A model generated the notes under the pieces. The model was not told the origin of the DNA. It searched no databases and saw only the letters and a program-made list of their open reading frames with translations. Source: Geopsychrobacteraceae bacterium (GTDB lineage: Bacteria > Desulfobacterota > Desulfuromonadia > Desulfuromonadales > Geopsychrobacteraceae). From it: 24,000 bases of DNA. The position numbers were made by a program, and so were the translations under genes. The first letter of the stretch is position 1. Every line of letters starts with the position of its first letter. Positions 1 to 7,457 of the stretch are shown here, one piece after another. Location of the stretch: positions 74,834 to 98,833 of the forward strand of contig CAXXLS010000009.1 in the NCBI GenBank assembly GCA_963677135.2, read 5' to 3'.

Positions 1-229
1 CCAAGTGCACATTGCTCCAAGCCGGGAGCGGAATAAACTCGCATCTCGCCTCACATCCCAGCACCTTTCAAGAGCGGTGGCCCCAGGGTGGCGGCATGAA
101 AACCGCGCCATTAAGCTCATGTTTAAATTTACTAAATTGACACGAAAGATATCAACAATATCTTCCCAGGAGAGGGCCTTGAGGTGACAAAGCTGCCGTG
201 GATGCTGAACCGGTTCAAGGGGGAGGTCG

Positions 230-448
230 TCAGTCCTCTGCGATAAATTGAAACCGCGGAACCGGTACGCCGTCCTGTTCTTTCATGTCGAAAAACATGG
301 CAACCGGCCGCACCCAGAGGGAATAATCTCCGTACAGTGGCCGGTAGAGAACCAGTTCTTCTTCGGTTTCCGAGTGCCTGACGATATCAAGGACTTCATA
401 TTCCCTGCCCTTGAAGTGGCGATATTTCCCTGGCCTTATTGTTGTCAT
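230..448 (-). CDS. DUF1653-family small protein (start chosen at MTTIRPGKYRHFKG)
   Basis: Protein MTTIRPGKYRHFKGREYEVLDIVRHSETEEELVLYRPLYGDYSLWVRP matches the DUF1653 pattern (GxYRHFKGxxYEVL...HSET.E..VvYr.LYg....WVRP). Confidence 0.85.
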   Translation of the reverse strand: MTTIRPGKYRHFKGREYEVLDIVRHSETEEELVLYRPLYGDYSLWVRPVAMFFDMKEQDGVPVPRFQFIAED

Positions 449-629
449 TCCCTTCTCCCCTGCGGTGAGCATGTCTTCATCAAATGTGACTTTTTACCGG
501 GACCCGGCCTCCCCGGTACGGATCCGAAAAGGACCCCTCGCGGGAAATCTGCCAACCCGCTTGCACTCATCCTCAGCGGGCCCTCCATTTGATTATTTCT
601 TTACTTTATTTCACGTCTCCCCGCAGAAT

Positions 630-986
630 ATGGTCATGAAACTCGCGCGCCCCAAGTCAATTCGCCAGCAAAAATCCTTTTTTGGGTTCCTCGTTATTCT
701 GACCGCGATCGGTCTCTTTTCTGCGACCGGCCCGGTGCTCCGCACCTGGTCAGGGATGCTGATCATGTCCGTGCTCGCCCTGCTTTCCCTCGCCACGGTT
801 ACTGCCCTGTGGATGGTTCTCAATTTTCGCCTGCAATCCCAGAAGCGGGCCAACCTGCACATCTATCGCATGCAACTGATGAAAAACCTGAACATCATCC
901 AGGTGGACAACGGTGGCCTGGTAGACAGGAAGGGCAAACCCATAGCCTCCCGTTGTGCAAAGAAAGCTAAAAATCCCGCGGATTAA
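630..986 (+). CDS. Small putative membrane protein, unknown function
   Basis: ORF 411..986; in-frame ATG at 630 gives a 118 aa protein with two hydrophobic segments (FFGFLVILTAIGLFSA and MLIMSVLALLSLATVTALWMVL). No family recognised; start uncertain. Confidence 0.4.
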   Translation: MVMKLARPKSIRQQKSFFGFLVILTAIGLFSATGPVLRTWSGMLIMSVLALLSLATVTALWMVLNFRLQSQKRANLHIYRMQLMKNLNIIQVDNGGLVDRKGKPIASRCAKKAKNPAD

Positions 987-1024
987 ACCCACCATCCTCC
1001 CGGCGGTCCTGGCAGCCATTCACT

Positions 1025-2416
1025 CTATGGTGCTTCGATCCTTTTTCCGACCCGCCCCAGGGAACAACCGATACCGATCACGCACAGGCCACAGAAAACC
1101 AGCAGGGCGAAATGCATGCTCTTTAAAAATGCCGGCTGGGTTTCTGCCGTCACCTCCTGCCCATGCATCAGGAAGGAGAAGACCAGGGTGATGATCATCA
1201 TGCTCGACACCATGCCGAGAGTCCGCATGCTGGCATTGAGCCCTGAGGCAACGCCCAGGTAGCGCGGCTCGACGCTCCCCATGATCATACTGGTGTTGGG
1301 CGAAGAGAACAGGGCAAACCCCAACCCCATGAAAACCAGCAATACCAGCACCTGGGCAAACGAGGATGAAGCCGACAGGAATGCGGCCACACTAAGCCCG
1401 CAGGCACACAAAGCCATACCGGTCGTCGCCACCAGGGACGCGGGAATCCGATCGGACAGGCGGCCGCAAAGAGGGGAAAAGATGGTTTGGACGATAGGCT
1501 GGACGATCAGCACGGTGCCGGCCTGCTGAGGGCCCAACCCTTTGACATACTGCAGGTAGAGACTCATGAAAAAGGTCACCCCGAAGGTCGCCGCATAGTT
1601 GAACAGCGCGGCCAGGTTGCTGAGGGCAAAAACCCGGTTTTCACTGAGCAGCCTGATATTGAGCAGCGGATAGGGGGTGCGGCGCTCCTGACGCAGAAAC
1701 AGGACAAAACCGATATTGGCGATGACGACCAGGCCCCAGGCCCACCAGCCGTGCCCCAGGGTAGCCACCCCGGAGACCAGCAGCATGACCGAAAATCCGT
1801 AGACCAGAGCGCCGCGCAGGTCAAAAGGTTCTCCTGAGGCTGGGGCCCACTCTCCCCTGATCTTGAAAGAGGTCACCAGCCAGGTTGACAAGCCCAGGGG
1901 GATAAGCAGATAGAACAGTGAGCGCCAGCCGAACCAGGCAACCAGGTAACCGCCGAAAAAGGGGCCGCAGGAGATCCCGGCGTAGACGCTGGCGACCGCG
2001 ATCCCCAGAGCTTTGCCGCGATCTTTGAGAGGAAAAACCGTGACCACGATCGCCATCGTGGTCGCCATCACCATTGCGCCGCCGACACCCTGAAGAAATC
2101 TCATCAAGATAACAGCTTCAACAGACCAGGCTTGCGATATGGCTGCACCGGAAAAAGTAAATATCAACAAGCCGGCCTGAAAAATCCGCCGCCGCCCATG
2201 AATGTCGCCGAAACGACCCATGGCCAGGAGAAAAATTGCGGAAGACAGGGCATAAGTGGTCTCGACCAGACCCAGCTGCATGGCGGTGGCGGAAAACTCC
2301 CGCCCCATGACCGGCAGGGCCACCCCCACCGATGACATCATGAACGGCATCAGGAAGTGGGCAATACAGACCGCAAACAGGATGGCCGTCCGTGATGACG
2401 CGTCGTCCTGGGTCAT
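1025..2416 (-). CDS. MFS transporter, DHA2/EmrB-QacA-like multidrug efflux type
   Basis: 463 aa polytopic protein; motif A-like GRFGDIHGRRRIFQAG, and RFLQGVGGAMVMATTMAIV typical of DHA2 MFS exporters. Confidence 0.88.
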   Translation of the reverse strand: MTQDDASSRTAILFAVCIAHFLMPFMMSSVGVALPVMGREFSATAMQLGLVETTYALSSAIFLLAMGRFGDIHGRRRIFQAGLLIFTFSGAAISQAWSVEAVILMRFLQGVGGAMVMATTMAIVVTVFPLKDRGKALGIAVASVYAGISCGPFFGGYLVAWFGWRSLFYLLIPLGLSTWLVTSFKIRGEWAPASGEPFDLRGALVYGFSVMLLVSGVATLGHGWWAWGLVVIANIGFVLFLRQERRTPYPLLNIRLLSENRVFALSNLAALFNYAATFGVTFFMSLYLQYVKGLGPQQAGTVLIVQPIVQTIFSPLCGRLSDRIPASLVATTGMALCACGLSVAAFLSASSSFAQVLVLLVFMGLGFALFSSPNTSMIMGSVEPRYLGVASGLNASMRTLGMVSSMMIITLVFSFLMHGQEVTAETQPAFLKSMHFALLVFCGLCVIGIGCSLGRVGKRIEAP

Positions 2417-3618
2417 TTGCGCTTGTTCCGCTCTTTTTTCTGCTGGCTGGCCTTGAGCAGATCGCCCAGGGTCCCCATCCCTGAAGAAACAGGTTTGTCG
2501 GAATAACTGGTCTCCATCACCTCTTCGTCCGCATTGCCGGCCAGGGCCAGACTGATACGGCGTTCCGCCAGGTCGACCTTTTCAATCACGACATTGAGGC
2601 TCTGTCCCACCGTCAGCACATCCTGGGGATGGCGGACGCGCTGCCCCCCTTCCCCCAGTTTGGAGATATGCAGCAGACCGTCGACGCCATCCTCCAGGGT
2701 GACAAAGGCGCCGAACTGAGCCAGGCGGCTGACTTTGCCCGAATACTGGCCACCCGCCTTGTAGATGGTTCCGACCTTGCTCCAGGGATCGGCCAGGGTA
2801 TCGCGCAGGCTGAAGGAGAACTTGTTGTTCTCCCAATCGATCTTTTTAATGGCGACCTCGATCTGCTGGCCAACGTGGAGCACGTCATTGACATCTTCGA
2901 TACGGCCGTAGCTGATCTCGGAAATGGGCAACAGCCCTTCAATGCCGCCGATATCCACGAAGGCCCCGAAATTGAGGATATTGGTGACTTCCCCCGTGAC
3001 GACCATGCCCTCTTTGAGACTCTTGCGCAGACTTTCGCGCTGCTGCTGGCGTTCCTCGTCAAGCAGCTGGCGGTGGGACACGACGATATTGCGACCGCGT
3101 TCACTGAACTGGGTAATCTTGAATGACAGGCTGGTCCCGATCAGGTCGGCCGGTTCCCCCTGGCGGATGCCGGTCTGGGAGAAAGGGCAGAACGCCCTGA
3201 TATTTCCGGCCAGCTTGACTTCAAAGCCTCCCTTGATCTCTTTTTCAATGCGCCCCTCGACAGGGATGCCGCTCTGATAGGCATTCTCCAACTGTTCGGT
3301 TCCGGAACCGCTGCCGCCGACCTTGGTCGTAAAACGCAGCTCGCCGCCACTGCGAGACAGGAAAAAGACCGCAATTCTGTCACCAGCCTGGAACTGGGGC
3401 TCGCCCTCGGCATTCAGCAGTTCGGCTGTTGCCAGCACCCCTTCACCTTTCTGACCGACATCGAGAAAGCTCCAGTCCTTGCCGATCTGCAGCAAGGTCC
3501 CTTCGATCTTCTGCCCCGGTTCGAGCTGCTGTCCGACCCCCGACAGGCTGGCTTCGAACATGGCTGCAAAATCTTCTTCCTCTGCGCTGAACTCGTCGTC
3601 TCTGAAATCGTCACTCAT
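2413..3618 (-). CDS. S1 RNA-binding domain protein (four S1-like repeats, RpsA-like)
   Basis: ORF 2413..3681; likely start at 3618 (MSDDFRDDEF) with AGAGGA upstream. Repeats such as GEVTNILNFGAFVDIGGIEGLLPISEISY and GKVSRLAQFGAFVTLEDGVDGLLHISKL are classical S1 domains. Confidence 0.85.
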   Translation of the reverse strand: MSDDFRDDEFSAEEEDFAAMFEASLSGVGQQLEPGQKIEGTLLQIGKDWSFLDVGQKGEGVLATAELLNAEGEPQFQAGDRIAVFFLSRSGGELRFTTKVGGSGSGTEQLENAYQSGIPVEGRIEKEIKGGFEVKLAGNIRAFCPFSQTGIRQGEPADLIGTSLSFKITQFSERGRNIVVSHRQLLDEERQQQRESLRKSLKEGMVVTGEVTNILNFGAFVDIGGIEGLLPISEISYGRIEDVNDVLHVGQQIEVAIKKIDWENNKFSFSLRDTLADPWSKVGTIYKAGGQYSGKVSRLAQFGAFVTLEDGVDGLLHISKLGEGGQRVRHPQDVLTVGQSLNVVIEKVDLAERRISLALAGNADEEVMETSYSDKPVSSGMGTLGDLLKASQQKKERNKRK

Positions 3619-3764
3619 GACCCAATCCTCTTTGTTGACTGGTTTTCCTTCTGAAAACCTGGCCGCAGACACCCGGAACATCCGAAGCTCCGCAACCGGA
3701 TAAAAAGGGAAAGATTAGCCCTTTTCAGAGAGAGAGTAAATGGAGAGATTGGTATTTTATCTGA

Positions 3765-4223
3765 AAAATGCCGCTGGCATTTTGATAAATGAAAAAATAG
3801 ACATTCAAGCCGGGCAGCGGCTTTGCGGTTCTGCCCGTTGATGCGTCAGCATCCGGGCGGGCTCTCATGTGCTGGCGACAGCAATAAATCGCAGACGGAC
3901 TCAGTTGTCGTCAGTGTGTTTGACCTTCAAGGGCATTTTTGCTTCCTTTTGTTGCCCAGGACAAAAGGAAGCCGGCTGCCGGGCCGGGACCCGGCGGTTT
4001 TGATGGTGCTTTAATGTTTTAACAGAAACAGTCAAAGACAAGGTCGCGGGGTCGCGCCCCCGCCCGGCGCCTTACTATTTGTCCCAGGCGGGCGACAAAT
4101 AGTAAGCACAAAACGCCCTTTTTACATGTCCGGATGACGATCAGCAATTCCCAGTAGGGAGACATTCAGGCTGGCAACGACCCGGCCCACGCTGAGCAGG
4201 CTCAGCTAAAGGCCAGAACCACA
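3765..4223. repeat. Repeat unit 1 (type A)
   Basis: Contains type A hairpin GCTTCCTTTTGT-TGCCCAGG-ACAAAAGGAAGC (3941-3972) and CTTACTATTTGTC-N10-GACAAATAGTAAG (4071-4106). Confidence 0.85.
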
Positions 4224-4684
4224 AAAACACCAAAGGTGTTTTGACCGTTGAAAAGACCCTCACCTCCAAGCCGCAAAGCGGCTTTACGGTTCTGCCCGTT
4301 TATGCGTCAGCATCCGGGCGGGTTGTCATGTGCTGGCGACAGCAATAAATCGCAGACGGACTCAGTTGTCGTCAGTGTGTTTGACCTTGATAAGATCTTT
4401 TTGGTTCGTTTTTCCATCGTTGGGAAAAATGAACCCGGCTGCCGGGCCGGGACCGGCGGTTTTGATCTTGCTTTAAGGTTTAAACAGATACAATCAAAGG
4501 CTAGACCGCGGGGTCGCGCCCCCGCCCGGCGCCTTACTATTTGTCCCAGGCGGGCGACAAATAGTAAGCACAAAGCGCCCTTTTTACATGTCCGGATGAC
4601 GATCAGCAATTCCCTGTTGGAGACATTCAAGCCAACAACGACCCGGCCCACGCTGAGCAGGCTCAGCTAAAGGCCAGAAACGCA
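4224..4684. repeat. Repeat unit 2 (type B)
   Basis: Same framework as unit 1 but with replaced hairpin GGTTCGTTTTTCC-ATCGTTG-GGAAAAATGAACC (4403-4435); CTTACTATTTGTC/GACAAATAGTAAG hairpin at 4533-4568. Confidence 0.85.
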
Positions 4685-5140
4685 AAAATGCCGTTGGCAT
4701 TTTGATAAATGATCTGTGATCTTCAAGCCGCAAAGCGGCTTTGCGGTTCTGCCCGTTGATGCGTCAGCATCCGGGCGGGTTGTCATGTGCTGGCGACAGC
4801 AATAAATCGCAGACGGACTCAATTGTCGTCAGTGTGTTTGACCTTCAAGGGCATTTTTGCTTCCTTTTGTTGCCCAGGACAAAAGGAAGCCGGCTGCCGG
4901 GCCGGGACCCGGCGGTTTTGATGGTGCTTTAAGGTTTTAACAGAAACAGTCAAAGACAAGGTCGCGGGGTCGCGCCCCCGCCCGGCGCCTTACTATTTGT
5001 CCCAGGCGAGCGACAAATAGTCAGCACAAAGCGCCCTTTTTACATGTCCGGATGACGATCAGCAATTCCCAGTTGGAGACATTCAGGCTGGCAACGACCC
5101 GGCCCACGCTGAGCTGGCTCAGCGAAAGGCCAGAACCACA
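4685..5140. repeat. Repeat unit 3 (type A)
   Basis: Near-identical to unit 1; type A hairpin at 4859-4890; the CTTACTATTTGTC hairpin at 4989-5024 has one arm mismatch (GACAAATAGTcAG). Confidence 0.85.
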
Positions 5141-5427
5141 AAAATGCGGTTGGCATTTTGACAGAGGCAACATATTCAATTTCCAAGCCGCGCAGCGGCT
5201 TTGCGGTTCTGCCCGTTGATGCGTCAGCATCCGGGCGGGTTGTCATGTGCTGGCGACTGCAATAAATCGCAGACGGACTCAATTGTCGTCAGTGTGTTTG
5301 ACCTTGATAAGATCTTTTTGGTTCGTTTTTCCATCGTTGGGAAAAATGAACCCGGCTGCCGGGCCGGGACCCGGCGACCTTGATCTTGCTTTGCAGGTTT
5401 TTAACAAAAACAGTCAAAGACAGAACC
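5141..5427. repeat. Repeat unit 4 (type B, truncated before the GC-rich and CTTACTATTTG hairpins)
   Basis: Type B hairpin at 5320-5352; homology to unit 2 lost after AACAGTCAAAGACAG. Confidence 0.8.
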
Positions 5428-5529
5428 ACCGGAGCGACACCCGCAAGACACAAGCCTGTTTGCCTTTTTGAAATTCAATGGTATTTTCTAATTCTCAAAA
5501 AACATTATAACCCGTGAGGACATGTCACC

Positions 5530-6228
5530 ATGAAACCGACCAGCTGGCTGGAAAGTCTGAATTGTGCAATTGAGGGGATCCTCTGGGCGGCCCGCGGCGA
5601 GCGCCATGTCCGCTATCACCTGTCTGCCGCCCTGGCCGTGGTCTTTCTGGCCCTCTTCTTCAAGGTCTCGGCCATGGAGTTTTTTCTGCTGGTGCTGGCC
5701 GCCGTCATCGTCATCTTTGCCGAGCTGATGAACACCGCCATCGAGGCGGTCGTCGACCTGGTCACCGACGAATATCACGAGCTGGCGAAACGCGCCAAAG
5801 ATGTCGCTGCCGGAGCCGTCCTGGTGACCAGCATCGGAGCCATCGTCCTCGGTTACCTGGTCCTGTCAGGGCATATCTTCACTCTCTTCGACAGCCAACC
5901 GACCCTGATCCAGGAGCCCCGCGGCACGGTCCCCGTCGGCGCGCTGCTGATGGTCATTATCCTGGTTGTGCTGTTCAAGTCACGCTTCAACCACGGCACC
6001 CCGTTGCACGGCGGCATGCCCAGCGGCCATGCGGCCATCGCGTTTTCCATCGCCACCTCGACTCTGTTGCTGGGCGACAACCTGGTCATCGGCCTGCTGG
6101 TTCTGCTCCTGGCCCTGCTGGTCAGCCAGAGCCGCCTGCTGATGAAGATTCACACGCCGCGGGAAGTCTTCCTCGGGGCCCTGCTCGGCACCGCAGTGAC
6201 CCTTTTTACCCATCTGCTATTCAGCTAG
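5530..6228 (+). CDS. Prokaryotic diacylglycerol/undecaprenol kinase fused to a PAP2-superfamily phosphatase domain
   Basis: N-terminus RGERHVRYHLSAAL..., AELMNTAIEAVVDLVTDEYHELAKRAKDVAAGAVLV (DagK signature); C-terminus GGMPSGHAAIAFS...SQSRLLMKIHTPREVFLGALLG (PAP2 motifs PSGH and SRxxxxxHxxxE). GTGAGG upstream of the ATG. Confidence 0.88.
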   Translation: MKPTSWLESLNCAIEGILWAARGERHVRYHLSAALAVVFLALFFKVSAMEFFLLVLAAVIVIFAELMNTAIEAVVDLVTDEYHELAKRAKDVAAGAVLVTSIGAIVLGYLVLSGHIFTLFDSQPTLIQEPRGTVPVGALLMVIILVVLFKSRFNHGTPLHGGMPSGHAAIAFSIATSTLLLGDNLVIGLLVLLLALLVSQSRLLMKIHTPREVFLGALLGTAVTLFTHLLFS

Positions 6229-7328
6229 CCGGCCGAGTCTGCCACCAGGTCCCGGGCGACCTTGTCAGCCAGGGCAACCAGATCTTCCGCACCGTCCAGG
6301 CCATCCAGAAAGCGCCGGGGGATACCCGTCTGTCCCACCAGGGCACCAACCAGGGCGCCGGTCAGCATAGCCCGGGCCTGATTCTGACCGCCCCCGTTCA
6401 CGGCGTGCAGGACCGCCTGTTCAAAATCACTGCTGTATCGAGCCGCCAGATAATAGGCTGCGGGGAGCTGATGGTAAATGGCACACGGCATCCCGTAAAC
6501 CAGAGACACTTTCCAGGCCGGTTCGATGCGAATATCGGGGTCATGGGCGGCACGGGCGATAAAGGACGGAGTCAGCAGCGCGTCCGGCGAGGCGAAGGTC
6601 CCGCTTTTGAGGGGATGTTCCCCCGGCCTGGGAGGCTGCAGATCACCGCTGGTCACCGCGTGAAACGGCAACTGACCGCTTTTGACCAGCGCCATCAGCT
6701 TGCCGGAAAGCCGATCATCAAGCTCTTCACCCTGAACCAGCTGGGCGAGCACCGCATTGTAGGCCACGGTCATGGCCACGACAGCTTCGTCGATTTGACT
6801 CAGCACCGTATTACTGGTCACCGCGCTGGCCAGTTTGTCCGGGTCCAGGGCATAGCGAACGGCAATCGCCAGGGTCCGCTCGATCGCTTCCGTGGTATCG
6901 GCCTGACCGCCGGTCTCCGCCCATGGTTTTTTCTGTTGATGGCGTCGCTGCCACAGTTCCCTAATCGACTGGCTGGTATAGCCGCCCGGTCCGGACATGG
7001 GCTGGCCGTCAAGCTGCGGAAGCAGGTCGTCATCAAGCCGGCGGCAGAAGTCCTCTTCGCTGTAGCCACCCGTTTCGGCAAGGGACTGAAGGGTCATCTT
7101 CAGAATATAGCCGGGCTGGGACAACTGGCCGGCTTTCAGGCCGGCATGATAACGGTCCGGCTTCGGATCGGTGTAATCCGTGATCCAGTCGCCATAATCC
7201 CTGCGTAAGGCGGAAAGATCATAATACCAGTGGGGGCCAACGGCCAGGGCTTCGCCGATGAAGGCGCCCAAAAGCGCTCCCCGGGCCCGGTCTGCGAGTG
7301 ATGTGCGCGACATGATCCATCCTTTCAC
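6225..7328 (-). CDS. ADP-ribosylglycohydrolase / J1-crystallin-like family protein
   Basis: 367 aa, RARGALLGAFIGEALAVGPHWYYDL... and AVNGGGQNQARAMLTGALVGALVGQTGIP. Probable start at MSRTSLADRARG (CAT at 7314-7316). Confidence 0.8.
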   Translation of the reverse strand: MKGWIMSRTSLADRARGALLGAFIGEALAVGPHWYYDLSALRRDYGDWITDYTDPKPDRYHAGLKAGQLSQPGYILKMTLQSLAETGGYSEEDFCRRLDDDLLPQLDGQPMSGPGGYTSQSIRELWQRRHQQKKPWAETGGQADTTEAIERTLAIAVRYALDPDKLASAVTSNTVLSQIDEAVVAMTVAYNAVLAQLVQGEELDDRLSGKLMALVKSGQLPFHAVTSGDLQPPRPGEHPLKSGTFASPDALLTPSFIARAAHDPDIRIEPAWKVSLVYGMPCAIYHQLPAAYYLAARYSSDFEQAVLHAVNGGGQNQARAMLTGALVGALVGQTGIPRRFLDGLDGAEDLVALADKVARDLVADSAG

Positions 7329-7457
7329 GGCTACCAGGGTTGACAGAAACTACGCGTTGACCGCCTCGCCGGACAGCCGACGCTGCATTCGATTCTAACC
7401 CGCCGGTTTCAGAAAAAGATAGCTCGGCACCAATATTTTAGGACCTTCATCCGGCCG

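Larger units (their letters stand above)
3765..5427. repeat. Array of four ~460 bp hairpin-rich repeat units (types A-B-A-B; last unit truncated)
   Basis: Shared core GCGGCTTTrCGGTTCTGCCCGTTkATGCGTCAGCATCCGGGCGGG...TGCTGGCGACwGCAATAAATCGCAGACGGACTC at 3817, 4278, 4735 and 5195 (spacing 461, 457, 460). Confidence 0.9.

Noticed and set aside
5-187. 60 aa plus-strand ORF at the window start
   Set aside because: No recognisable domain, no RBS visible within the window, low-information sequence.
3619-3681. N-terminal extension of the S1 protein ORF (MFRVSAARFSEGKPVNKEDWV)
   Set aside because: The internal ATG at 3618 has a good Shine-Dalgarno and yields a typical acidic S1-protein N-terminus.
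3765-5427. Possible CRISPR array
   Set aside because: Units are ~460 bp with near-continuous homology, not 23-50 bp repeats with unique spacers; no cas genes nearby.
6405-7208. 267 aa plus-strand ORF
   Set aside because: Fully antisense to the well-supported ADP-ribosylglycohydrolase-family gene; composition looks like a reverse-frame artefact of high-GC coding DNA.
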